DNA of 25,152 nt from positions 1 through 25,152 of the IMG/VR virus record IMGVR_UViG_3300037047_000312; one strand, given 5' to 3'. The notes beneath the pieces were generated by a model, which had not been told where the DNA came from, did no database searches, and saw only the letters and a list, made by a program, of their open reading frames with translations. The DNA comes from a virus. Taxonomy: Duplodnaviria > Caudoviricetes. The first letter of the stretch is position 1, and every line of letters begins with the position of its first letter. Of the stretch, positions 15,984 through 24,780 are shown one piece after another. The translations under genes and the position numbers were made by a program.

Positions 15984-16699
15984 CAGAATAGTCCCTCATC
16001 ATTGCGGAGGTTGTAAAGTTCAGTAACTTGCGCCTGCGAGAGTGCGTAGTTATACACACGCACAAAATCGCACTTACCATCAAATTGGTTGTCTGTTCGA
16101 TCTCGACCAAAAAGGACACTAACATTTGATGTATTGGCGAAACCACCGGCAGACACAATCGGCGAATTATTTCCCGATCTATATAGTTTAAAACTACTCG
16201 CAACCGTCGCGCTGCCACCATTGTACGTTAACACGGCGTGAAGGTATCCTTGTGTAATGGGAACATTATCCCTACCTAGATACCATTCACCATCAGCCCC
16301 ACCAAACAGCAAACCAACATAGCCGCCAACATTACCACAATCAAATTGAAAACCATTACTCTTATTTGTTTTTAATCTGAAAATTGAAGGATATAGGTCT
16401 GTCACTGCGTCAACATACACATAAAATTCAAGAGAAAACGGAACCCCTGTGGAGCAAATAACATCAGAACCACTAATTACGGCACCTGTAGCTGTGGGTG
16501 AGCAATCAACAACCCTCTTACCGTCAAACTCTGCAAAGTTAATCCCTGTCGAGAGTGACGCTGTGCGACCTGCTCCGCTTGTACCAGTATCATACGCAGT
16601 CGTCCCCGTGGTTTCGGAAAACTCAAAAGCCATAATTGGAGCGGCGCCGTTGTATTTACCACTCCACGCAACTACTTCATCATCCGCCGCGCCGCTCAT
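15983..16699 (-). CDS. LamG / concanavalin-A-like lectin domain protein
   Basis: FSETTGTTAYD..FSLEFYV..HAVLTYNG..FDGKCDFVRVYNYALSQAQVTELY. Confidence 0.85.
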   Translation of the reverse strand: MSGAADDEVVAWSGKYNGAAPIMAFEFSETTGTTAYDTGTSGAGRTASLSTGINFAEFDGKRVVDCSPTATGAVISGSDVICSTGVPFSLEFYVYVDAVTDLYPSIFRLKTNKSNGFQFDCGNVGGYVGLLFGGADGEWYLGRDNVPITQGYLHAVLTYNGGSATVASSFKLYRSGNNSPIVSAGGFANTSNVSVLFGRDRTDNQFDGKCDFVRVYNYALSQAQVTELYNLRNDEGLF

Positions 16700-18858
16700 T
16701 ATTTCGACTCCACTAATTTGATGAAATACTTACCAGGATTAAGCAATGAAGGGCGAAGAGAGAGACGATCGACACCCCCTGAGGTTCCCTTGAGAGTCGG
16801 TGCCGTGGCACTTGGATCGAGCTGAGAAGCAAGTAATCCAAGAGTCCGAACACCACCAGCGTGTCTGAATTCAATCGTTAGCCAGCTAGAGCCGTCCGTA
16901 GGGATGTTGGTGAATCCTCCCGTAAGATTGGTATTCCCCGCATAGTTGATCGCCACATGACCAAGGCTCCAGTCGATGGAGGTGACGGCGGTGGTGATAA
17001 TCTGCTGGTTGGCTTCCCGGAGTCCGGTAGCGAGGCCGTTGGTTTTATCGAGCTTCTCACTATCCAGTTCAGCCAACTGACTCGCCGCTGTACCTGCCTC
17101 TAATCCAGCTGTCGCCTGTGCCGTAACGTTGGTCGCTGCTATCGTCGTAATCCCACCACCGACAGCAGGGCCTGTAGCCACAGTGCGGTAGTCTTCGCTG
17201 ATCGGGATGGCCTGAAATCCGGCCACACCAGCGATGTTCTTGTAGATAAGTCGATAAGCAAACTTCCACTCAGCGACTGAGCGATTCGGCAATGCCGGCT
17301 TGGCTTCTGCCTTGGCAAGGGCCTCAGTTAAGTAACTTCCCCGCCCAAAGATAACAGCCACCGGAGCAGATCGATCGTTCGTAAAATACAACCAGTAATT
17401 ACAGAAGGCATTCAGTGCAGCATCGATCGGGGTGCCGCTGCCATTATCGTATTGGGCTGATTCACTTGCGGCATTAAGACGATACAATCGTGCACCAAGA
17501 GCACTAGCAAAGGTGATGTCACTGCTCCCGTTCTTACGGAAGTAATGGCGGCAGATTGTGACGTTGCTGGATGTAGCGTGTTCGATGTCTTCGTCGAAAG
17601 TGGCAAAGGGAGTGACTCGGAATGTGCTGTCAGTTGGGGCAGAGAAGACTCCACCACCGTTATTCTTGTACTGCGTTCCGTAGGTATTGTGCGCTGATTC
17701 GTGCCAATCAAGATTGCGGGTATGGCTGTGCAGTTCATAGCCGCAATCGTAACCAGTTGCGCCATTCCAGACCACAGTGGCGAGAGTAATGTCGTCCGTG
17801 AGCGACCATGGCGTTGTTGATACAGCGGAGGTTGCTATTGCGTCGTTGAAGTAAACGAAGTAGGTCGTGTCGGCTATGAGGGTCCCGAGAGGGATGCTGA
17901 TCTCTTCCGTGGTGACGTAGCGAGTGCCGTTGAACCAGTAGCTGATTTCACCATTAAGCAAGGGGAGGATGAGGCTGCCAGCGGAGACGTAAGGGATGCC
18001 GGCGGCTTCAATACCGTGTAAGGCTTTCTTGCCTGATAATGATGTGAGGATTTCACTAAACCCGTCAGCAACGTTCTCTGCTGCAATTCCTTCGACGACC
18101 AAAGCCGTCTCAGCAGCGTTAGCAAGATAAAACTCTTCATCCTCATCAACCCAAAGGACACCTTCAGGAACGCCGTCTGGATATTTGAGTGCCAGCTCTT
18201 CAGCAGTACCGGCGAAGGCTTGAGGAATACCTCCTCCGTTCTTGATCGCGTCCGGATCACCAAGAGTCAAGGTATCGACGGCATCGGCAACGGCTTGTAG
18301 ATTAGGCGCAACGCCGAGGAGATTCTTGGCCCACGAGGCGGCGTCAGCAGTAACTCCCATCGCGTCCTGATTCCCGCCGATGGCCGCTCCATCGTAAGTC
18401 AGGGTACCCTCTGCGTCCGTCCCGAACTTGTCCAGCACCGGCTTGTTCTCGTGCTGGTGGTGGATAGCGAGGTCATTGATGTGGGCCTGAAACGCCGTCA
18501 GCTCCGCCGGGACAATCCCGACGCCGGACGCATAGAAGTCGTACCATGCGATGGCCGTGAGATCGCCCGATAGCAGCGGTGCCGCAAAGGCCGGGTTTCC
18601 CGCGACCGAGCAAAGGTATTCGACGCCGATCTCGCCACGGTCCGTCGGCCAGAGGGTGATCGTAAAGAGTCCGGCGGCGTCCGTCACCGCTTCGTGCTTG
18701 CGGCTGATCACTCGCTCCCCGCTGGTCGTGTCGAACGAGTCGGTCGGGATCATCTTCTTGGTCAGTTGGAAGGCGATCTTGGCGCCAGCCACCGGGTTCC
18801 CTTGCGCGTCAAGGATCGGCTGCCCGGCGTTGTTAATTTCTCTGGTAACGAGCGGCAT
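16699..18858 (-). CDS. Large accessory fibre / virion appendage protein
   Basis: 719 aa; Ig/prealbumin-like N-terminus (TDAAGLFTITLWPTDRG), HQHENKPVLD motif, beta-rich body. Confidence 0.65.
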   Translation of the reverse strand: MPLVTREINNAGQPILDAQGNPVAGAKIAFQLTKKMIPTDSFDTTSGERVISRKHEAVTDAAGLFTITLWPTDRGEIGVEYLCSVAGNPAFAAPLLSGDLTAIAWYDFYASGVGIVPAELTAFQAHINDLAIHHQHENKPVLDKFGTDAEGTLTYDGAAIGGNQDAMGVTADAASWAKNLLGVAPNLQAVADAVDTLTLGDPDAIKNGGGIPQAFAGTAEELALKYPDGVPEGVLWVDEDEEFYLANAAETALVVEGIAAENVADGFSEILTSLSGKKALHGIEAAGIPYVSAGSLILPLLNGEISYWFNGTRYVTTEEISIPLGTLIADTTYFVYFNDAIATSAVSTTPWSLTDDITLATVVWNGATGYDCGYELHSHTRNLDWHESAHNTYGTQYKNNGGGVFSAPTDSTFRVTPFATFDEDIEHATSSNVTICRHYFRKNGSSDITFASALGARLYRLNAASESAQYDNGSGTPIDAALNAFCNYWLYFTNDRSAPVAVIFGRGSYLTEALAKAEAKPALPNRSVAEWKFAYRLIYKNIAGVAGFQAIPISEDYRTVATGPAVGGGITTIAATNVTAQATAGLEAGTAASQLAELDSEKLDKTNGLATGLREANQQIITTAVTSIDWSLGHVAINYAGNTNLTGGFTNIPTDGSSWLTIEFRHAGGVRTLGLLASQLDPSATAPTLKGTSGGVDRLSLRPSLLNPGKYFIKLVESK

Positions 18859-18860
18859 CG

Positions 18861-19169
18861 TTAGACCTCACAAAAGTCTTTCCATTGGATGGCGGCCCCG
18901 GTCGGGAGCGGCTTCTGGAACGTCCTGCCGCTGTCGATCTGGCACAGGTAGGCGTTGGACTCTGGGCCTCGGTCTGTCGGCCACAGGGCCACAGAGAAAA
19001 TGCCGGCGGCGTCCGTTTGAACGACCACCGGCAGCGCGTAGATGTATTCCCCGGTCTCTGTATCGAATCCGTCCTTGAGCAGCGTGAACGTCACTCTGGC
19101 TCCGGCCCGGATATTTCCGGCGGCATCCACGAGCGGATCACCGCTATTGGTAATGGTTCGCGTCACCAT
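18861..19169 (-). CDS. Stand-alone paralog of the N-terminal domain of the 719-aa protein
   Basis: Aligns by eye: VTR.I.N.G.P..DA.GN..AGA, D.FDT..GE, TDAAG.F...LWPTDRG, YLC. Confidence 0.75.
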   Translation of the reverse strand: MVTRTITNSGDPLVDAAGNIRAGARVTFTLLKDGFDTETGEYIYALPVVVQTDAAGIFSVALWPTDRGPESNAYLCQIDSGRTFQKPLPTGAAIQWKDFCEV

Positions 19170-19405
19170 TGCTTGCAGACCTCGACGGCCCGGATCAGCT
19201 TTTCGTTATCGGCGTAGAGCTGGTCCAGTGTCGCCTTGCGGACCAGTATCTTCTCCTCGCCGTTAATCACGATTAATCCGTCCTTGTAGGTGTCCCGGCA
19301 GAGCCAGCCGCAGCCGGTCACGTTGAGCAGCAGCCAGAGCGTCAAAGCTATCGCCGTCATCCTCTGCCAGCGCTTTGCGGGCGCGTTGTATGCGTTCTTC
19401 GACAT
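19163..19405 (-). CDS. Outer-membrane lipoprotein, o-spanin (Rz1-like); alternative start 19360
   Basis: Basic N-terminus, hydrophobic core and lipobox VTG-C; overlaps the i-spanin gene in another frame. Confidence 0.7.
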   Translation of the reverse strand: MSKNAYNAPAKRWQRMTAIALTLWLLLNVTGCGWLCRDTYKDGLIVINGEEKILVRKATLDQLYADNEKLIRAVEVCKQW

Positions 19406-19487
19406 CGGCGGTCCCTTTCGGCTTTCCGATCCATTCCAGCAGCACCGGCAGCAGCGCCGCGATGATGGAGAGAATGGTTGCGGTCAT
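19263..19487 (-). CDS. Inner-membrane i-spanin (Rz-like)
   Basis: N-terminal TM segment then helical region; ATGA overlap with the holin stop. Confidence 0.7.
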   Translation of the reverse strand: MTATILSIIAALLPVLLEWIGKPKGTADVEERIQRARKALAEDDGDSFDALAAAQRDRLRLALPGHLQGRINRD

Positions 19488-19933
19488 TTGCTCACGGCCT
19501 TCTCGCCGCTGGCACCAAGTCCCTTGACTTGGCCGAGGACGCTGTTGACGATGGCTTCCGCTTGGCGGTCGCTGATCTTCGGCATGGCGGTGAGGATGTG
19601 GGCGACGGCGATATCAAGCTTGTCGCTGCCGGTCAGCGTCTTGGCTTTATTCTTGGCGTAGTCGCTGGCCTTCTCCTCGGCATAGGCGATCCCTCGCAGC
19701 GCTAGGGATTCGAGTTGTGACTGCTTCTCTGCGCTGATATCGAGGTTGTATTTGATGCGGACCTTGTTGATCACGATCCCGACGAGGCCGAGGAGGAAAG
19801 CGGTGACCACCGGAAAGACGACGCCTTCGAGGAGACTGGCGACGGCTTGGCCGCCTGCGGTGGTTTCTTCTGCCAGCGCCACAAACGGTAAAACGATAAT
19901 TGCGGTGATGATGGTAAATATGAGCTTTTTCAT
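19484..19933 (-). CDS. Holin (LL-H-like)
   Basis: Hydrophobic segments plus AYAEEKA..GSDKLDIAV..IVNSVL; between endolysin and spanins. Confidence 0.7.
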   Translation of the reverse strand: MKKLIFTIITAIIVLPFVALAEETTAGGQAVASLLEGVVFPVVTAFLLGLVGIVINKVRIKYNLDISAEKQSQLESLALRGIAYAEEKASDYAKNKAKTLTGSDKLDIAVAHILTAMPKISDRQAEAIVNSVLGQVKGLGASGEKAVSK

Positions 19934-19949
19934 GATTTTCTCCTGTTGG

Positions 19950-20411
19950 TTACGAGACGAATCCCGGTTTATAGACGGTCTTGCCGTTCTCTTTCACGGC
20001 GGATAAATTCTGCTTGCGCGGGGCGGTTCCTTCAGGCGACAGGCTGACGTGACACCAGCCTGCGGACGGATCGTCCTTGGAGCCGAACTCGAAGATGATT
20101 TTGTCGTACTCCGTCAGTTCCTTTGCGAGCTTCTGGCAGACGGCGAGGTTGCTCATACCGGCCTTCTCGCAGTCCAAGGCGAGGCAGAGGCAGTGCGCCG
20201 AGGTCTTGCTGCCACCGACGGCTTTGTTGAGCGCCGGGGAGCGGTAGCCGGAGGTCAGGGTGATGTCGCCGCCGAGGATCGTCTGGATGCGCTCGGCCAG
20301 CGCCAGCAGCCGTGGCAGGTTCTTGCGGTGCTCAGGCGCGATGGCGTTGTCGATGCCGCGTCTGGTGGCGGTCATGCTTTTGGTGATGTCGGCTTCCGTT
20401 ATTTTCGGCAT
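19950..20411 (-). CDS. Endolysin, peptidase M15 family
   Basis: TSGYRSPALNKAVGGSKTSAH..ALD..WCHVS zinc motifs; GGAG RBS before ATG 20411. Confidence 0.92.
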   Translation of the reverse strand: MPKITEADITKSMTATRRGIDNAIAPEHRKNLPRLLALAERIQTILGGDITLTSGYRSPALNKAVGGSKTSAHCLCLALDCEKAGMSNLAVCQKLAKELTEYDKIIFEFGSKDDPSAGWCHVSLSPEGTAPRKQNLSAVKENGKTVYKPGFVS

Positions 20412-20433
20412 AGGGAACACTCCGGGCGCAGGT

Positions 20434-20970
20434 TTACCAGCCTGTCTCAATGTCGTAAGCGTCGACTGCAGCAATCGTCGTCAGCGCGTTGATCGCTTCC
20501 GAGTGAGCGTATTCATTGTCGAAGCATGTCTGAACGTGGTCGGAGACGGCATCGACTAATGCTTCGATTTCGGCCTTGCCGACTGTCACCCAGCCGTCCC
20601 GACCTTTCCAGCGGATAGACGCGGAAGGCTTCCGCTGGACCCGGAGCCATGCGCCAGTCAGCTTGGCTTGGCTCACGGCGTCGGACATGATGGTCATACC
20701 GCCAACGGTGACACCGCCTGTTTCAACTTCATAGCGTTTGGCGGCTAGAGCGGTGAGTTTGGCAGTTTTTGCGTCTGAAAAAGTACGTGCCGCTGGTTCT
20801 TCGTTGTAAGGTCGTCCGTTGGCACCGGCCTTGATCGGCTTGCCTTGGGCTTGTCCGGAAAGGAGCGCGGTGTGTTCTTCGGCGGTGATCTCTACCGCGT
20901 CTACGGGGATATTTTCATCGTGCAATTCGGAATTATAAAATCCACCTGTCGTCTTCGCAAAATAAAGCAT
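20434..20970 (-). CDS. Tail fibre assembly protein (DUF4376-like C-terminus)
   Basis: YFAKTTGGFY..IPVDAVEIT..LLSGQAQGK; RYEVETGG..WK..HVQTCF. Confidence 0.85.
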   Translation of the reverse strand: MLYFAKTTGGFYNSELHDENIPVDAVEITAEEHTALLSGQAQGKPIKAGANGRPYNEEPAARTFSDAKTAKLTALAAKRYEVETGGVTVGGMTIMSDAVSQAKLTGAWLRVQRKPSASIRWKGRDGWVTVGKAEIEALVDAVSDHVQTCFDNEYAHSEAINALTTIAAVDAYDIETGW

Positions 20971-20981
20971 CTAATTCCTCC

Positions 20982-22163
20982 TTAGTAACCTATTGCCAAA
21001 AACTGAACGTGGCGCGACCCTGCGACCGTTGATGTCACCGCTTCACCTCTAAGTGTCGCGCCGGATTGGTTGTATGAAATTGTCCGTGTAAACACGTCAT
21101 CATTACCCGTTGCGGTACTTAACATGGCAGATAACACATGGAGACAAATGTTGGGAAAGGTGGTAGCAAAGGTTACATTCACGTTCGCGTCTGCGTTTAC
21201 AGCAATGGAACCCCATTGAAGGATTAGACCGCTAGGCAACTTCTGATAACCGCTTGATGCTAAGGACTGTGCAAACCCCGCAACGGACCCAGCACTATTC
21301 GCGTAGTTAACAGACATAGCCGATCTATTTGCAAGGAACGCCTGCCCATTGGCATTAGCTCCCCACAGGTATGTCGGATTGTTGTCACTATTCGCCCAAC
21401 TAAAGTGCTGCCCGTCCACGGTGTCCGCGTTGCCAACCCAACCATTGCCGTTGAAATAACCCCGCTCCACTCCGTTCGTAGTCACATTCAGATTACCATC
21501 TGTATTCCAAAAGAACCCCGTGTCTTTTATTCCGTCCGAGTTGAACGCGATAGCAGGGTTACTTGCCGACCCGTTGGGGAGGAGTACTTTTCCACTGAAG
21601 TATTTCTCCCCCGCTATAGTCTGGTTCCCCGTCAGTTGCACAGCCCTTGTGGTGATCTCCTGCTGCGTGAAGGCGGTCGTGGCAAGGCTGGTGTCGCTGT
21701 CGCCAGCGGCAGGCGTTGGTGCGGTCGGGTTGCCGGTAAATACAGGGGAGTCGGTGAAGGCGAGAGCCCTCCATGCGGTCCAAACGCCGTTGCCCCCGAC
21801 GTCCGATGGATTACCACTGCGCGTCCAGAGGGTGCCGGTTGAGTAGTTCCCTAGGATCTGGGTTATCGTATCAGAACCCCCGTGCATGACGATCATTTGG
21901 TTGAAGTCGACCTCGGATGGGCCGTTAGTGTTGCCTGTGTTGAGACAGTAGAAACCGCTCGTCGTCACCGTGTTGAGGTTCGTGCCTCCGGGGAGGGTGG
22001 TCTCGTTCTTGGTACGCTTCTCAATCTCGAACTTAGCGTACTCGGTCCTATTCGCTAACGCCTGAACCATCGACTGGAATACGGATTCCTTCAGCTCGTC
22101 CGTTCCATCCTGAATACAAGGGACGGGTGCCGTAAATTCATTTAATGCGACCAGATTCTTCAT
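20982..22163 (-). CDS. Main tail fibre protein (pyocin-knob-like and gp53-like domains)
   Basis: QALANRT, NLNTVTTSGFY, SPVFTGNPTAPT..LATTAF, GYQKLPSGLILQWG..AIGY; GGAGG RBS. Confidence 0.9.
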   Translation of the reverse strand: MKNLVALNEFTAPVPCIQDGTDELKESVFQSMVQALANRTEYAKFEIEKRTKNETTLPGGTNLNTVTTSGFYCLNTGNTNGPSEVDFNQMIVMHGGSDTITQILGNYSTGTLWTRSGNPSDVGGNGVWTAWRALAFTDSPVFTGNPTAPTPAAGDSDTSLATTAFTQQEITTRAVQLTGNQTIAGEKYFSGKVLLPNGSASNPAIAFNSDGIKDTGFFWNTDGNLNVTTNGVERGYFNGNGWVGNADTVDGQHFSWANSDNNPTYLWGANANGQAFLANRSAMSVNYANSAGSVAGFAQSLASSGYQKLPSGLILQWGSIAVNADANVNVTFATTFPNICLHVLSAMLSTATGNDDVFTRTISYNQSGATLRGEAVTSTVAGSRHVQFLAIGY

Positions 22164-22171
22164 TTTACCTC

Positions 22172-22627
22172 CTACTGGATCGAGATCGTCCACTCGACAG
22201 TGATCTTGTACAGCGTCGACTTGGTGATCGGGGTAATAATGACTCGTGAGAATAGGATCTCGGTGGCGTCTGACTTGAGGCCGAGTTCTTGGTAGGTGAA
22301 GCTACCGCCTTCGTTCCCTTCCATCGTCGTCGTGAACATGACCTTGTTGTAGGCCGGGTACGAGACGGCGACAGCCTTCTCGTACTGTTCAGCGCCAAGA
22401 GCGGTATTAGCAGCAGCGGCGGCGGTGCTCGATGTGCCGAACGCTATCTTGGTGATGTGCTCAATGTTTTTATAGCTGGCATCGCCGCCAAGGAGCTTGG
22501 CAACCAGTGTCTTGCCGCCATTGACGATCAGGTTTTGCACCTCTCGCTCCTCGACCAGTGTGCCGTCAAGTTCCCGCACAAAAATCTTTAAATCTCCCCG
22601 CAGGGTCATCATTTCACCGACATTCAT
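22172..22627 (-). CDS. Baseplate / tail-collar-like protein
   Basis: NLIVNGGK..IAFGT..ELGL..LFSR..ITK..WTI pattern; GGAGG RBS before ATG 22627. Confidence 0.75.
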   Translation of the reverse strand: MNVGEMMTLRGDLKIFVRELDGTLVEEREVQNLIVNGGKTLVAKLLGGDASYKNIEHITKIAFGTSSTAAAAANTALGAEQYEKAVAVSYPAYNKVMFTTTMEGNEGGSFTYQELGLKSDATEILFSRVIITPITKSTLYKITVEWTISIQ

Positions 22628-22628
22628 C

Positions 22629-23636
22629 TTATCCTCCGTAAAGTCCAGTCGCGACGATACTGCCGTCGGCGACAAGAATGGTTTTAACAACAATCTGTTC
22701 CTTGATCGCTTCATTGGTTCCGCACAATAATCCCGGTGTGCCGCAAACCCATCCCGTTCCACAGATGATAGCGCCCGGAATGAATGTTTCGTTGATCCCG
22801 GCGGTGATCGTGACGCCAATCGTTTCGGTTAGCGTCATATCCTCATTGACGATGTTCAGCTTCCGCAGCACGGTTTGCAGGAAGTCGGTTCCAGCCGCTT
22901 TGCTCTTTCGCACCGTCGCCTTCATGCGATCGATTAGGATCTGCGCCTCTTCCGGAGTCAGATTATTGGGGATCGCAAGGTCAAGCAAGAAGCGTCCAGC
23001 GGCGCCGGCTTGTTCCTCTGGCGGAAGTTCTGCGACGTTAGGCAGAGCATCGCGTATCGTGCAGGTCAGGCCGTAGGCTTCCTGTAGAATGTTTTCTAGG
23101 GCGACATTGTTGCTGCGGGGACGAATCGCCTCGGCAATCGCCCGTCCGAGGAACGCATCATCGCTCTCTCCGGTTACACGGTAGGTGCCGAAGAGGTCGC
23201 CCCATTCGTCCGCCCATGATCCTGTCGCCGAATGGAGGTATAGCTGTCTGTTGGCATCGTCGATTCGGGACCGTTGATCGTCGAGTTCCCATGCACAGGT
23301 TTTGAGTTCTGACCAAAGGAGCGACTGGTGGTAGCCGATAGAGTCCCCTGATTGCGCCAGTCCCTGCTCAATGATCCCGCGTGCCAGCATGGTGCCGTAT
23401 TCTGTCGCGGCAAGAACGGTCGTGAAGCCTTTGGCTTGCAGCGCATCGAGGAAATCGTTGACCGTCCCGGTTTCGAGACTGATCGTCGTCGTCCCGTTTT
23501 CGTCTGTTGCCAGACACCGTAGGCCGACAATGCGGAAGGTCGAACCGGTCTTAGTGATCGTCGCGATCTCGACCCGCTTTGGATCTTTATTCCAGATCGA
23601 GTTCAGGCGGGCAAGGGCTCGTTCGAAGGCTCCCAT
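22629..23636 (-). CDS. Baseplate wedge-associated protein
   Basis: SATGSWADEWGDLFG..R..GESD..R..SNNVALE; KAAGT; follows baseplate J. Confidence 0.75.
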   Translation of the reverse strand: MGAFERALARLNSIWNKDPKRVEIATITKTGSTFRIVGLRCLATDENGTTTISLETGTVNDFLDALQAKGFTTVLAATEYGTMLARGIIEQGLAQSGDSIGYHQSLLWSELKTCAWELDDQRSRIDDANRQLYLHSATGSWADEWGDLFGTYRVTGESDDAFLGRAIAEAIRPRSNNVALENILQEAYGLTCTIRDALPNVAELPPEEQAGAAGRFLLDLAIPNNLTPEEAQILIDRMKATVRKSKAAGTDFLQTVLRKLNIVNEDMTLTETIGVTITAGINETFIPGAIICGTGWVCGTPGLLCGTNEAIKEQIVVKTILVADGSIVATGLYGG

Positions 23637-24736
23637 TATGTCACCGTAATTGTGCCGGGGATGAGTACCTGCCTATCGGTGACATCGACGTCAACCGTCG
23701 GAACCGAGACCTCGCAGTTGGTGACGCCATCGACGGCCATTGCCAATTGCACCAGCTCGGCCCAGATCAAGCTGTCCCCAACCTTGAGCGTGGAAAAGTA
23801 CGCCAAGACCGCCTCTTCGATAGCGTCTGCGACTCCACTGGCGCTGGCTGCCTGCGTCGTCGCGATGGTCACATCCTGTTCAACCGGTGTTGCGGAGACG
23901 GCAGTAACGACGACGCCTGCGGCTTTGTATCCGGCGATCTTTACACCGTTGTTGTCTGTGTAGCCATCGATGATCTTCTGCGCTTCGGCGATCAATCCCT
24001 CCGAGGCCGTTCCGACGCCGTTATAGATGATGCAGTCGGCAATCGCTTGCCCGGTCAGGATCGTCTTGGCCGAGACGACCTGCTCGGTGACGACTCCCCC
24101 CACCGATAGCCGAGCGGTCGTTGCTCCGTATTCGATGGCGCTGTCGGTGGCGCGAGACAGGTTGAGGACATAAGTCGCGAATCTCTCCCGACGGCTGGAT
24201 TCGGTTTCTCGCTCGGCGCCGTTGGTGAACGTTACGGGATTGCTGACAGCTGTAACGCCGGGGATCGTGGTTTTGATAACGGTAATTGTGGCAGCTCCCG
24301 TGTTGCCGGTGGTTCCCGCTGACGTGCAGGCGGCATTGATGCTGACCGTTGCTTGTCCGGCCAAGATCGTCCCTGCGTCTGTGGTGACGTAAATCTTCTC
24401 TGGATTGGCCGTGGTTCCTGTTGTCGCCACTCGCGTCCCGGCAGGGATAACGATGTCGTTTCCTGATACCGGGTTGGCGGTAAAGACTACAGCGCCAGCC
24501 GCTTTAGTCGCCGGCAAAAGCGCGAATGAAAAGGCTTGATAGACCGCGACCGGGATCGCCTTCTTGACCGCCGCGTAGAACTGGTAATCCTGCTCCTCCA
24601 TCTCGACGGCCAGCGCCTCGAATTTGGTGCGGAGCTTGGACCCGACGACGAGGTCGGTCACGGTGCTGCAAATACCCGTGAACCATCCGATCATGCGGGA
24701 AACTCTGACGTCTGCTTTGATGATTTCGAATGCCAT
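23636..24736 (-). CDS. Baseplate J / gp47-like protein
   Basis: ATKAAGAVVF..IPAGTRV..G.TGN..NP..FTNG..RE..R.RF; GYKAAGV. Confidence 0.9.
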   Translation of the reverse strand: MAFEIIKADVRVSRMIGWFTGICSTVTDLVVGSKLRTKFEALAVEMEEQDYQFYAAVKKAIPVAVYQAFSFALLPATKAAGAVVFTANPVSGNDIVIPAGTRVATTGTTANPEKIYVTTDAGTILAGQATVSINAACTSAGTTGNTGAATITVIKTTIPGVTAVSNPVTFTNGAERETESSRRERFATYVLNLSRATDSAIEYGATTARLSVGGVVTEQVVSAKTILTGQAIADCIIYNGVGTASEGLIAEAQKIIDGYTDNNGVKIAGYKAAGVVVTAVSATPVEQDVTIATTQAASASGVADAIEEAVLAYFSTLKVGDSLIWAELVQLAMAVDGVTNCEVSVPTVDVDVTDRQVLIPGTITVT

Positions 24737-24773
24737 GCCGGTATCTTAACCTCTCGCGTTTCCTATATCAAAG
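24737..24773 (-). promoter_or_regulatory. Sigma70-like promoter (likely leaderless) overlapping motif B
   Basis: Minus strand: TTGATA, 17 nt, TAAGAT, 6 nt, ATG of baseplate J; 17 bp identical to 598-614. Confidence 0.6.
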
Positions 24774-24780
24774 AATTTGC

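Noticed and set aside
14679-22163. Diversity-generating retroelement or shufflon acting on the fibres
   Set aside because: No reverse transcriptase, no adenine-variable TR/VR pair and no inverted fibre cassettes seen by eye; elements outside the window cannot be excluded
598-24773. 17-bp inverted repeat as ends of an invertible segment or transposon
   Set aside because: No invertase or transposase in view, and both copies are better explained as parts of promoter-like elements belonging to a larger degenerate motif family
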